Of a stretch of DNA of 64,000 nt, positions 24,948 to 40,146 are shown one piece after another. The DNA is from Eledone cirrhosa. Its lineage: Eukaryota. The number at the start of each line of letters is the position of its first letter. Position 1 is the first letter of the stretch. A program made the translations under genes and the position numbers. The notes beneath the pieces were generated by a model. That model saw only the letters and a list, made by a program, of their open reading frames with translations. It searched no databases and had not been told where the DNA came from. The stretch lies in the NCBI GenBank assembly GCA_964016885.1, contig OZ024741.1:169260001-169324000 (forward strand). Reading direction: 5' to 3'.

Positions 24948-26030
24948 ATCATCATCATCATCATCACCGTTTTATGTCCGTTCTTCCACGCTAGCATGGG
25001 TTAGATGGGTTGTCCTGTTGTGGGCAGTGTCCGGTCAGCTGACCATGCCTTGCTCATACGGGAACTGATTCTGGCTTGATTTCTACAGCTGGATGCCCTT
25101 CCTAACACCAACCTCATTTACAGTGAGTGCTGGGTGCTTTTTTTTTTTCCGTGGCGCCTACACGACCACTTTGCAGTGGGAGGGTGTGGGGGAATATTGT
25201 CTATATGCTTCAGCTTCGGCTTGTACCCGTGGGGGGTTGGGTCTTCTGTATTACTACGTGACACCAGAGGTTACGGTCGTGTGTCATCGCCTTTGAAAGG
25301 TGTAATTGGGTAAGGTCAGCTTTTATCACCTCATCCCAGGTCTTCTTGGCTCTCCCCACTCCGCGGTTTCCATCAACTTCTACTGCTCTGCACTTTTTTA
25401 TGTAGCTGTCATCCTTCATATGCATCACATGTCCATACCAATGCAACCGCCTCTCCTGTACACAGCAATTGATTCCTCTTATGCTCAGTCTCTCTCTCAA
25501 TTCATTTATGCTTTGCCGTTCACGTATATTACTATTACACATCCATCGGAGCATGCAGGCTTCGTTTCTCTCTAATCTACGTAAGTCTTCCAGCTTTAGC
25601 GCCCAGGTCTCACTACCATGTAACATTGCTGTTCGTATACACGCATCATACAGTCTGCCTTTCATTTTGATGGAAAAGCCTTTTGCAGCTAGCAGTGGCA
25701 GTAGCTCCCTGAACTTCTTCCATCCCGTTCTTACCCTAGTTATTGTACTTTCCGAACACCCACCTCCGCTGCTAATTCGGTCACCTAGGTAGCAGAAGCT
25801 GTCTACTGTTTCTACAGAGCCCTCCCAGAGTTTGGTGGTACTTGTTTCCTGTGGCTGTTTGCTGCTTGCTGTCCCAGCACAGCTGCTACATGTGAAGCCT
25901 ACATTCTCAGTTAAGCTTCCTGAGATCCCGCTACATCTCTTGTGTACACATTGTTTGCATTTGGGGCAGAGAATGGAGTTCCTACCTACACCTTTCCTAC
26001 ATACTGAGCAAGGCCATTTCCCTGTCTCTC
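24948..26030 (-). mobile_element. 5'-truncated RTE-clade LINE: C-terminal ORF, 3' UTR and (GAT)n tail
   Basis: ORF 25210-26100 contains VDSFCYLGD, MLHGSETW, ERRLHWYGHVMHM and GRAKKTWDEVIKADL. It continues into the GAT-tailed 3' UTR. The first ~25 aa of the predicted ORF are probably flanking DNA. Confidence 0.92.
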
Positions 26031-26496
26031 TGAAATGCAAAACAGCAGATAGATATTGTTTCATGATCCCAGCAGATAGAATTGCAAAGGTATTCCTCAT
26101 TCTGGAGGATTGTTAGAAAGATATACTGAAAGAGCCAGTCCAACTTAAATGGCTCATCACTGTCCTAATAGAAGTAAAGAAGTGGTTCAAGGACTCATGA
26201 TACTAGAAGTTTCCATCACTATAGGTTTGATGATAAAGCTACTGAGAAGCAGTCAGTATTTCATGAATTAAACATCTTTAACCTGGGTCTGTCATTGTAA
26301 ATAAATATTATTATTGATGGAATTTATATAAGGTTATTAGGTGCCAAATTAGCAGACTTGTTAGAACAACAAATAAAAGGCTTTGTGGTATTCTTTCTGA
26401 CTCTCTGCATTCAAATCCCATCAAGGTTAATTTTGGCTTTCATTCTTTCAAGATTGATAAATAAATACCGGTCAACTACTGAAGTCAATTCTTACA

Positions 26497-26532
<36 letters not shown>

Positions 26533-27031
26533 CATTCACTTTTTCTACAGAAGGAATCGGTTCAGACCTGGAGTGGCATGGGCTCTGCCACGTTTTAACT
26601 CCAGCCGGAGTTAAGAACCTATGGATGGATAGAATATTTACTATGTCAATTGTGTTACACCATTGGCTAGATATTTGGCAGCATGTATGTTGTGAAACAG
26701 GTACAGAATATGTTATTTGTGCTCCTGTATTGAAAGTGATTTTTCTAGGATGGGGATTGTATACAGCAGTACTTTTTGAGGACTCTATGTAGATCTGGGA
26801 ACTCTGATATTGGTATTTTTAAGTTTTGGTTCATATTCTTCTTTATCATAACTATACTATTACTGTTTTTATGTTATACACACCTTGAAAAAAATAGATG
26901 CAATTTACATCTTACCCCTAAGATGGTTTAGCTGGCCTATTACAAAGTTGTATCACAGGAGTTTTAATGATAAGGACTCCAGTCCTATCAAACACATTCA
27001 TATCTATGTTGTTTTTATTGCTACAGCTCAT

Positions 27032-27250
27032 AAGGGTGGTGGATTGGCAGTATCGGTAGAGGGTCGGACGCCATGCTTTGCAGCACAGAGTTACGGCCCT
27101 TTACGATCTGAATTCAAATCCCGCCGAGGTTAACTTTGCCTTTCATCCTTACAGAGTCGATAAAATAATGTTCCAGTCACGCACTGGGGTCGATTTAATC
27201 GACTTTCACCTCCTCCAAAATTGCTGACCTTATGCCTATATAAGGAACCA
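27032..27250 (+). mobile_element. SINE family A, long variant
   Basis: Carries the extra GGTCGATTTAATCGACT segment. TSD ATT(G/A)(C/T)TACAGCTCATA. Confidence 0.88.
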
Positions 27251-27632
27251 TTATTACAGCTCATACCTATGCAAGTTTAGTTTGCCTCCCATGAGAATGT
27301 ATCTCATGAAAGAACTTTTAGGCGATTTATAGATAGTGTTGCCAGTTCTATATATCACATATCTTGCTTATTTCCCTTCCAGGGTCCTTGTACTTTGCTC
27401 ATTTCTTGGCTTCCCTCTGGGTGGTACCACCTCTACCACCACCATCACCCTCATCATGAACACCATGATGATGATGATGATGGTGGTGCTGATGCTGATG
27501 GTGATTGTGATGGTATGACTTTCCCAGTGAAAAAATGCTAAAGATAGCTTTTCTGAAGTGTATTAAATCCTTTACACATTCTTATATATACATGGATGTG
27601 TGTATATATATATATATATATACATGGATGTT

Positions 27633-27678
<46 letters not shown>

Positions 27679-27679
27679 C

Positions 27680-27759
<80 letters not shown>

Positions 27760-27769
27760 TTATTATTAT

Positions 27770-27829
<60 letters not shown>

Positions 27830-27995
27830 TATATACATATTTTCTGAAACAGTAAAATGCCAGACTAAAACATCTAATAGTATTTTGTTCCATCTAGCAA
27901 TCAAAAGTAATCTCTATCCCAATATGCCTACATTTCTATAATATATATCAGCATGTGTTTGTGTCTGTATATGTGTTTCTCTTTCTCTCTCTCTC

Positions 27996-28036
<41 letters not shown>

Positions 28037-28364
28037 TTGTGCCTGTATATGTATATATACGTATCTATATATAGAGAGAGATAAATAGATATGTCTTTGT
28101 CAGCATGTGTTTCTGCATATATATAGGTATGCCTTTGTTGTGTATCTTTTATTTCCAATCAATAGATATATGAAATGGATGAAAAAAGAAAATGTGATGG
28201 GGGGGGGGGGTAAATATGTATATTTGAACAAGGTAATGTGAATAAAAGCAAAATGGCCATTTCATTTTTGTTTCCATGCAGAAAATACTTTCTTCTGAAT
28301 TAATAGATAGAAGACTTTCTGATGAATACTTGATACAGCTAATACTTCTTATTTATCTAATACC

Positions 28365-29563
28365 CTGAAGGGCAATAATAAATAGGAGGGGCTAAGGACA
28401 GAGCCCTGATGAACACCAACTTTTACGCTAAACTCTTCACTATATTCGTTGTTAATTCTAACCTTGCTGACTATTTCTTTATACATGGCTTGTATAGCTC
28501 TCACAAGCCATTCATCAACACCTAGTTTTCTGAGAGCCCACCAGATAATGGGGCGTGGGACTCTGTCAAAGGCTTTCTCAAAGTCAACAAAAGCTAAGTA
28601 TAGGGGTTTACTTTTAGCTAGGTACTTCTCCTGTAGTTGTCATACAATGAAAAGAGCATCTGTGGTACTTTTACCTGACACAAACCCGAACTCAGCATTT
28701 CAGCAACTATTTCTGAAGGCCCAGCTGCCTTGCCTGTCTTCATATCTTTGATCGCCTTACTTATTATACTACCTTCAACTTGCACTGCTGGTCTCTCTAT
28801 TGGATCGATGTGGGAGAGACTGTCTTTCTCCCATTTATTCTCCTCATTTAGTAGCCTTTCGTAGTGACACTTCCAAGCTACCTTGTTACATGGCAGTGAG
28901 ACTTGGGCATTGTGTGCAGAGGATATACACAGACTGGAGAGGAATGAAGCTTGCATGTTCCGTTGGATGTGTAATAGTAATATATGTGAACGGCAAAGCA
29001 TAAATGAACTAAGGGAGAAATTAGGAATAAGAGGGATCAGATGCTGTTTACTCGAGAGAAGACTACGTTGGAACGGTCACGTGATGCGCATGAAAGATGA
29101 CAGCTCTATAAAAAAGTGCAGGGTGATAAAAATAGACAGTAGCCACGGAGTAGGCAGACCCAGAAAAACCTGGGATGACTTGATAAATTCCAACCTCACA
29201 CACTTACATCTCTCCAAGAGAATGTCACTGGACCGAGATCTTTGGCGCTACACAGTAATACAGAAGACCCACCTTGCCTAAGTACAAAGCAAAACCTACA
29301 GTCAGTAGGCACCTCTTAACAAAAATACACCCCCGTCCCACTAACCCTACCCCCACCGCCATCCACACCACCCCTTTCGATGTAAAGTTATGTTGGTACC
29401 ACAATATCCAGTCCGAAACAAATGAGGTCGTGTAGGTGTCACGACAAAACCCGTCAGACAGTCCTATACGAGCAAGAAAACCAATCTTGCCTCAAGTGGG
29501 AAAATTTCCATCCAAACCCATGCAAGCATGGAAGATGGACATTAAACGATGATGATGATGATG
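28365..29563 (+). mobile_element. RTE LINE with inverted 5' portion
   Basis: 28365-28880 encodes RT on the minus strand (WKCHYERLLNEE...GKAAGPSEIVAEML; AFVDFEKAFDRV; GVHQGSVLSPLLF). 28883-29281 encodes the C-terminus on the plus strand (LHGSETW...GRPRKTW), followed by the 3' UTR and GAT tail. Confidence 0.9.
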
Positions 29564-29610
29564 ATATATATATTATAAATCATTGTTAGTATTGTTATAT
29601 ACATACATCC

Positions 29611-29641
<31 letters not shown>

Positions 29642-29642
29642 A

Positions 29643-29699
<57 letters not shown>

Positions 29700-29702
<3 letters not shown>

Positions 29703-29941
29703 TCATCATCATCATCATTTTACGTCCGCTTTTCCCTGCTTGCAAGGGTGGGACGGGAACTGATTCTGGCTTGATTTCTACAGCTGGATGCCCTTCCTAA
29801 CACCAACCTCATTTACAGTGAGTGCTGGGTGCTTTTTTGCCGTGGCACCTCCACGACCACTTTACAGTGGAATGATAGGGACGCCAGTCCCTATAATCTC
29901 ATTTCTACAGCTGAGTAAACTGGAGCAATGTGAAATAAAGT
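29700..29941 (-). mobile_element. 5'-truncated SINE family B
   Basis: Nearly identical to 22345-22580. Confidence 0.85.
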
Positions 29942-29954
29942 CTCTCTATATATA

Positions 29955-31048
<1,094 letters not shown>

Positions 31049-31109
31049 ATGATATATGTATGTATGTATATATATATGTATATATGATGATGATATATAT
31101 ATATATTCT

Positions 31110-31700
31110 TCTACTATCCATTACTGGTGTTATGCTGCCTGAAGTTACCTTGCCTCCAACCCAGTGTCATCTTCAAAAATATCCTTTAGTGTGATTTTTG
31201 GTCTCCCAACTTGTTTGCATACATCTGGTTTCCAGAAAATAACTCTGCCAGTAGGTTCATTGTAATGTTTAACATGCCCGGCTAATGCAAGCCTCTCTTG
31301 CCTTATGATGTCAAAAAGGGAAGAGTGTAAACCATAGAGAGATTTATTTGGTGTGTGTGTTTTTGGAAAACACACACTTGCTCTGGAACTTTCTCAGAAT
31401 TCACGTGAATGTGTCATTAATCCTCTATGTGAATATTTTTGTTCATGTCCATGACTTACATCTGTAGTGGATAATGGACACAACCATTGCTTTGACTAGC
31501 CTCATTTTCATTGTTTTCTTGATCAGAGATACCCAAATCTACGATAAGGAGTTGAGAACCCCCATGCCTTGCCTATTTTGCATTCCACATCCTGCTTTGT
31601 GTTCGTGGAACTGCCGAGGTATAAGAAGTCATATACTTTTTCAATCTCTGAATTGTCTAGCACATGCCTTTGATCATCTAATATTGCATTGAGATGCATG
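31110..31700 (-). mobile_element. Decayed 3' end of a LINE (RTE/RTE-X-like)
   Basis: IIRQERLALAGHVKH...WKPD...GRPKITLKDIFEDDTGL. Confidence 0.65.
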
Positions 31701-31754
31701 AATTATTTTTTCCAGCATTCAAAAAGTCTACCTTTACATATATATTATATAGCT

Positions 31755-32520
31755 GTTGTGTGCTTCAAGGCTCAGTCCTCAGCCCACTTCTATTTATTAT
31801 AGTTCTCCAGGCCATATCAGAGGAGTTTGAGACTGCTTGTTCATGGAACTATTGTATGCTGATGAACTGGTTCTTATAGCTGAATCTGTGGAAGAACTAA
31901 AGAAATTCCTGCTGTGGAAATAGAACTTAGAATCAAAGGGAATCACAATCAACTTGGCAAAAATGAAAGTTTTAGTAAGTAGTAAAGATCTTAACCTGGA
32001 AGTAGCTTTGCTTGATATGTAGAAAGGGAGTAACAAGAACCTCTATACAATGTATACTATGTAAATCTTTGTTGTTGTAGGATAGCACACAGACTAATTG
32101 GCAAGGTAGACCTTGTATGTAGTAGATGTACAGGGATAGTTGATAGTTAAAGTATAAGTGAAATAAACCTTTTCCAATCCAAGGAAGGATCTATAGCTTC
32201 TGTTACCTAGGTGGTCTAATTAACAGTGAAGGATGGTGCTCAAATGGCAGAGCAGCTAGAATAAGAACAGGATGGAAAATGTTTAAGGAGCTACACCTTT
32301 GTTTACAACAAAAGGCTTCAGTCTTTGAACAAAAGGCCAGCTGTATGGTGTATGTGTGCAATGTGCACTATATGGTAGTGAGACATGGGCTATGCAAGAG
32401 CCAGAGAGAAACGAAGTTAGCCTTCTTCAATAGATGTGCTATGTTAATGTGCATGAATGATAACCCATGCAATCATGGAAAAGCAAACATAAAATAGTGA
32501 TGATAATGATGAAGATGATG
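31755..32520 (+). mobile_element. Decayed RTE LINE fragment
   Basis: QGSVLSPLLFIIVLQAI, LYADELVL, FCYLG and YGSETW motifs with stops and frameshifts; GAT tail. Confidence 0.85.
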
Positions 32521-33210
32521 TATATAGTAATAATTAATATTTATAATTTATTGGTGGTCAGCATTGTAGTATAAAAACAAAGAAATAACCCAACTCCTCA
32601 CAAACCTTACTTTACCCTACAAACTCGTTTAATTCTAATATGTTGTCATTTCAATAGCTAAAAACATCTGAAGAGATATGGCTGTGTGGTTTAGGAGTTT
32701 GCTTTGCAAACTCATGGTTCTGGGTTCAGTCTGCTGCAGGGCACCTTAAGCATGTATCTTCTACTATATCATTGAGTGGAATTGGGTAGACAGAAACTGA
32801 AAAAGCCCATCATATATGTGCGTGAGTGTGTTTATATGTACGCTTGTGTCTGTGTTCAGAAATTAGCAGTTTAACAGAATGATCGTTGAAATAAGCAGCC
32901 TGTAAAATAAGCAACATGTAAAAGAGAAAAAGAAACTCATGCAAAATCATATGTACACATATATTGACATATGCATTCATGTGTACACTCATCTGTAATT
33001 ATATATACACTTCTATTCATAAAAAAACACTTATAAACTCAATACATATAGATATGTATTCATATATACACAATATATACACATATATACTATATATATA
33101 TATATGCATGTTTTAACATATGTAATCATACATTCACATATATATACACATATGTACTCATCTATACTCAAATGAATTCATATATAAAAAATATATAGAT
33201 ATACATAACC

Positions 33211-33242
<32 letters not shown>

Positions 33243-33436
33243 GTATACAAATGTTCTCATATACACTTACCTACTCACATCATAATAAATGTGTGGCTTT
33301 GTACCTATATACCATATCCATATTGGAATTACTGCTGCTATTATTATTCTTCCATTTAGAGTTGGTGGATTCATTATTATTGTTGTTGTTGTTGTTATCA
33401 TTATTATTATTATTGTTGTTGTTGTTATTATTATTA

Positions 33437-33492
<56 letters not shown>

Positions 33493-33669
33493 TTTTTTTT
33501 GTTTTTTGTTGGGTGTTTTTTAGGGGGGGGGGCGTCTTGCTGCTGCTGTTGTTGATCATAATGCTGCTGATTATAGTGTTCCTATTGTTAACGATGGTGG
33601 TGTTGTATTTGATGTTGCTTTGCACTAATATAAACATTCTGAAAATCAATATAAAGTAACATTTATATC

Positions 33670-33728
<59 letters not shown>

Positions 33729-33785
33729 AATTAATACGTATATAAATATACATATATATATGTATATATATATGTATGTATGTAC

Positions 33786-33850
<65 letters not shown>

Positions 33851-33863
33851 TATATATATATAA

Positions 33864-33896
<33 letters not shown>

Positions 33897-33926
33897 CATA
33901 TATACATATATATATATATGTATACA

Positions 33927-33987
<61 letters not shown>

Positions 33988-34245
33988 CATATATACATAT
34001 GCATATTAATGCTTATACGTATATGTAAAATTATGTTAGTGTGTGCCTCTGTGTGTGGTGTGTATGTATTATATACAAATAAGAATTTATGCACATATAT
34101 AGGTGTGTATAATGTATGCACATACACACACACACACACACATACACACATATATGTATTAATAACTTAATGTCTACCTCTATTTAATAAATACTTATTT
34201 CCCACTGGTATATTCACATGTGTAAGGTGTATTATTTTATTTTAT

Positions 34246-34322
34246 TTAACTCTAATGATCTAGTGTTCCAAGAATGGACGTCTTTCATTCCTTGTTTGAC
34301 TAGTGAAACATATGTCAGTCGA
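34246..34322 (+). ncRNA. Decayed hammerhead motif
   Basis: TTAACT-CTAATGA-TCTAGT..long stem II..ACTAGT-GAAA-CATATG-TC-AGTCGA; G5>A and stem I changes. Confidence 0.5.
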
Positions 34323-34404
34323 TTAAATGATTTAATACTCCTTGACTTCTTATTTAATATTCATAAATATAATGATGTCTGATTATATGTATATATATAT
34401 ATAT

Positions 34405-34830
<426 letters not shown>

Positions 34831-35070
34831 AAATGAATATAAGTATATATGTGTATATATGTGTATGTATATATATATATATATACATACATATATATAC
34901 ATATATATATATAAACGGGGAAGCAAATATTTATCATTTAAACAGATTACAAGTTTAAGTTTAAAATCTGCTTTCACCCGATTCCATGATCTTCAGAGAA
35001 ATTCTAAAATCTGTGGAGGTAGATACAAATATTTCCAAATGTTGCAGGCAAATATTATATTGAAAATACG

Positions 35071-35975
35071 ATGGATTGGCAGTATCGGTAGAGGGTCGGA
35101 CGCCATGCTTTCCAGCATAGTTACGTCCCTTTACGATCTGAGTTCAACTCCCGCCGAGGTTGACTTTGCCTTTCATCCTTACGGGGTCGATAAAATAAAG
35201 TACCAGTAATGCACTGGGTAATTGCTGGCCTTGTGCCTAAAGTAGAAACAATTATATTGAAAATACAGAAAGACATAATAGTTCCACATGGAAATGGTCA
35301 CTAGAGCTCACAGATAGAATAAATAGAATAAATCAGATAGAATAAATCATTTTATATCATTTGAAGAAGTGAAGAGACCTAGTATATATATGTATCAATT
35401 AACTAATGGTGTATATAGCTTATTAAGTATTGTGAATGCTTGAATATATTATTAAATGCTGGGATGCATGAACAGTTATATTAATCATGGCATGAATGAT
35501 GGTAACATCAATACTAATTATATCATTATTATGTGGATTGGCAGTATCGGTAGAGGGTCGGACACCATGATTTCCAGCATAGTTACGGCCCTTTACGATC
35601 TGAGTTCAAATCCCGCCGAGGTTGACTTTGCCTTTCATCCTTACAGGGTCGATAAAATAAAGTACCAGTAATGCACTGGGTAATTACTGGCCTTGTGCCT
35701 AAAGTAGAAACAATTATTATTGTTATTATCATTATTAGGGCGGTGGATTGGCAGTATTGGTATAGTGATGGGCAACATGCTTTGTGACATAGAGTTATGG
35801 CCCCTTTACGATCTGAGTTCATATCCCGGCAAGATTAGCTTTGCCTTTCATCCGTCGATAAAATAAAGTACTAGTAATGCACTGGGGGTCGATTTAATCG
35901 ACTTTCCCCTCCCCCAAAAATTGCTGGCCTTGTGCCTACATAAGAAACCATTATTATTATTATTATGATTATTAT
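35071..35975 (+). mobile_element. Three head-to-tail SINE family A copies (~35071-35250, ~35534-35714, ~35738-35950)
   Basis: A/B boxes and cores. The first has TSD ATTATATTGAAAATAC; the third (long variant) follows the (ATT)n tail of the second. Confidence 0.9.
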
Positions 35976-35997
35976 TATTATTATCGATAATAATAAT

Positions 35998-36965
35998 ATT
36001 TTATTTATTGGCCACAAGGGCCCACATATAAGGGACAATACAATAGACGGGGACAGTAGAAGTTTTACAGAAAAATTGAGTAAACAATATAAAACTAACA
36101 ATAGAATTATAAAAATACAAATTCCCCAATAAGGGGGAGAACCACCCAGAAGTAACTCAGGTACCCCACCAATCCTGAACCACCCAATGCTTCAAGGGCT
36201 TCCGGGAAGGGCACCCTTCTCCTCCTCAAATCCACCAGCCTACAATGCACAGGGTGCATGCTCAGATCAGGCCCATTCACACAGGCCATTCTTGCAACAT
36301 TCACCCACCTGTTAGCAAATCTATTGTGGGGAGCACTTCTCTCTCCACCCTCACCTTTCTTTCCAAGTGGAACTTGAAAAAGTTGATGAAGGATTAGCCA
36401 AAGAGTAAAAGTGTCTGTCTTCAATCCTTTCAACCTGGTCCACCACACAACCTCTTTTGCTGCCACCACCAGGAAAATTGCCTGCCTTTCCTGGCCAAAA
36501 GAAGGTGGTGGAGCAATCTTCACTATGGAGTCAGCTGATGGCCAGATCCATCCTACACATGACAACAGCTGTTTGACATAACTCTACAAGTCAGTAATGC
36601 ATGGACAATGGATGAGTTCGTGCAGAATGGTTTTGTCATTCTGCGCGCATCTTGCGCAGGTTTGTCTGACAGCATTTCCATGCCTGTAGAGTTTATCTCA
36701 CTGCCAAGTGAGGGATTTCTGGAAATTATCCATAGTCCCTGGCTCGAAATTCCTGCATAATAGACTAGTCAATTCAATTTGGTTGACACCCAGAACCTCT
36801 CCATGTGCATTGTCTCACTTGCCTTCAACTAATCCTCTATAGAACTCGAGAATGTAGGTTCCACTGATGGCAGTGCCCGCTTGTTAAAGGGCAGTGAATG
36901 CCTGGCAATATTCTAGATGCCAGGCACCCAGTCTCGGCCTCTTCTTGACCCAGGACGGCAAGAAG
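35998..36965 (-). mobile_element. 3' fragment of an L1/Tx1-clade LINE
   Basis: Minus strand CARCAQNDKTILHELIHCP (CCHC knuckle), then AAKEVVWWTR, a 3' UTR with AATAAA and an AAT-rich tail. Confidence 0.75.
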
Positions 36966-36991
36966 AGATGATAATAATATTAATAATAATA

Positions 36992-37180
36992 ATTGTTTCT
37001 ACTTTTGACACAAGGCCAGCAATTACCCAGTACATTACTGGTACTTTATTTTATCGACCCCGTAAGGATGAATGGCAAAGTTAACCTCGGCAGGATTTTA
37101 ACTCAGACCATAAAGGGACGTAACTCTTTGCATCAAAGCATGGCGTCCGACCCTCTACTGATACTGCCAATCCACCGCCC
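36992..37180 (-). mobile_element. SINE family A, full length
   Basis: Reverse complement of the 5927-6113 consensus. Confidence 0.9.
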
Positions 37181-37409
37181 TCGTTGAAAATAATAATGAT
37201 ATAATGATATACTACTGATACTAATAGCATTACCAACTTAAAACGGAATTAATAAACACATAATTCTGATATATTACGACATTTCTGTCATCTATTCCGG
37301 TATTAACTTCATAAACATATCTATGAACAACACTCTCATGTCCACTTAAATATATGCATGTGTGCATTCATATATTCATAATTTTATGCATATTCTTACC
37401 CATGTGAGT

Positions 37410-37809
37410 TCAGTTGTGAGTTCAATTCTCGGACCGGGTGATGTGTTGTTTCCTTAAGCAAGACACTTTATTTCACATTGCTCCAGTTTACTCAGCTGTA
37501 AAAATGAGATGATAGGAGTGGAGTCCCTATCATTCCACTGCGAAGTGGTCGTGGAGGTGCCACGGCATAAAAGCACCCAGCCCACACTGTAAAGTGGACG
37601 TGTAGGCACCACGGAAAAAAAGCACCCAGCACTCCACTGTAAATAAACTTGGTCTTAGGAAGGGCATCCAGCTGTAGAAATCAAGCCAGAATCAGTTCTC
37701 GTATAAGCAAGCCAAGGTCAGCCGACCGGACATTGCCCACAACAGGACAACCCGTCTAACCCCATGCTAGCGTGGAAGAACAGACGTTAAAACGGTGATG
37801 ATGTTGATG

Positions 37810-37815
<6 letters not shown>
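37410..37815 (+). mobile_element. SINE family B, 5'-truncated with long tail
   Basis: B-box and CORE-like segment, then a tail closely matching the RTE 3' UTR at 24950-25170. Confidence 0.85.
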
Positions 37816-37857
<42 letters not shown>

Positions 37858-38694
37858 CACAGATTCATTCATATACTCATGTAAACACTCACATGTGCAG
37901 GCATATATGGATATATGCATAAACACACATATATGTACACATAAACCTGCATTATGGATATGCTGGTATTTACACTACTATAATGTATACATGAGAATAC
38001 ACATAGAAGCATGTACATACATATTCTTATGCATGTATATTTACATATGCATATTCAGACATATATGTATGATCATATATATATATATTCAGGCATATAC
38101 ATATACACACAATCATGTACTTAGACATGCATGTGCACATATACATACATTATACATACATTTACATTCACATATACAAGTATAAATATGTTCAGAATTA
38201 AAAGTTTTCACAATATTGAAAACCATTATACATATATCTATGTAAAATGTAAACAAAAAACAAAGCAAATAAATGACACAGTACATTGAAGAAATATATT
38301 AGTTTAACGCTTGAAATAGCAGGAAAAGAGTCTTAACATTTTGAACACATTAGTCCTTCATCAAAAGATAGTGTTAGAAATAAAAGATACAATAGAAAGA
38401 TAAAGAGTGAGAAGAGGCAGGAACGTGAAAAAAATAAGCATGATTGTCCAATAATATAAATAAAGCATATTCTATTCATTCTATCTGTAAACTTATTTCT
38501 GAAACTCAACAAAACATTTCCACGTGGAACTGTAATGTTTCTGTATTTTGAATATGACATTTTGAAACATTTTATCTGCATCCACAGAATTGAGAATTTA
38601 TGTTTCTAAAGATCCTGGAATAGGGTAAAAACAAAGATTCTGCGTTTATACTTATAATCAGTTGAAATAGTATATATATGTATATATATATATA

Positions 38695-38735
<41 letters not shown>

Positions 38736-38768
38736 GTATGTATGTATATATGTGTATATATATATATG

Positions 38769-38815
<47 letters not shown>

Positions 38816-39266
38816 ATATATATACATATATACATATTTATACATACATATGTATACATATGCATATACACACATATTTGTATGTGTGGATATTCACGTA
38901 TATATATGTGTGTATATAACTAAACATATATACATATATGTATATGTTTCTAAATATATATAAATACATACACACACACCTTTATATTTATATATATGCG
39001 TGTGTATATATATATGTGTGTGTGTGTATATATATATGCAAATGTGTAAATGTTTATAAATATATATATATATATACATATACAATTCTCTTGACTATGA
39101 CTTCACGATGTAGTGACTTATTCAAACTTTTGAATAAGCCAACACTGATGAACTTCATAGTGACAGTAAATAATATATTATATTTAATAATCTCTACATG
39201 TGTATTGAGGTTTTTATTCAATTACCATTCCTTATTTTTTTGTATTTAAAATTATGTATTTTCAAC

Positions 39267-39311
<45 letters not shown>

Positions 39312-39329
39312 ATGTGTGTATATATATAT

Positions 39330-39363
<34 letters not shown>

Positions 39364-39425
39364 GTATACATATATATATGTATATATATATACATGTATA
39401 TATATTCATATAGCTATATATATAA

Positions 39426-39491
<66 letters not shown>

Positions 39492-39811
39492 CTTGAAAGA
39501 CAAAACCTATCAGTTCATCATACATTGTGATATATTTAACCAGGACTTGGTTGAAAAGAAAATGTTATTTATGTCTATATTTCCCCTATTTTCCTCAATA
39601 ATGTTACCTAATTTGAATTTTATTAAACAAGTTTTTTATAAAAAAAATAAATAACTCTTAATTCAATTTGTTTCTTGTTATTTGTTAACTGGTCAGAACA
39701 GAGAAATGCCCCGTAACCTATGTATTGAAGAAGCTATCGTTATATTGTTTGTAAATGGATTCTGAATTAGAATCAGTTCTTCCTTGTACATGCTTTATTA
39801 ACGAAAGTAAA

Positions 39812-40146
39812 GGCTCATGGCTTAGTGGTTGGGATGTGTGTTTTTGGCTCATAGTCATAAGGTTATGTGTTTGAATTTCGTACCTATTGGTGCTTTGTGT
39901 ACTTGAGAAATACACTTTATTTCACTTATTTGCTCCAGTCACCTCAAATGGGAAAAAATTAGTTGCATCTCTAATTCAAAGAGATAGCCTTCTCACACAT
40001 TGTGTCATGCTGAATCTCCCTGAGAACCACATTAAGTGTGTACATATCTGCGAAATGGTTCACCTCTAGTATGTTTAATTTCACAACCAAGATGTTCTGT
40101 TGTTTGACTAATTGGAACATTTGTCATTGGCACTGATGGAAGTCCA
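39812..40146 (+). mobile_element. Older SINE with family-B head and a different 3' half (related copies ~41860-42140, ~49520-49770, ~53960-54225 minus)
   Basis: Head ATGGCTTAGTGGTT, CORE-like segment, shared TGTCATGCTGAATCTCCCTGAGAAC..CATTAAG motif. Confidence 0.65.

Noticed and set aside
38325-38660. Two highly decayed hammerhead-like remnants (TTGATGA..CAAA on the minus strand; CTAAAGA..AAAA on the plus strand)
   Set aside because: Multiple core mutations; suggestive of old pLTRs but too degenerate to call.
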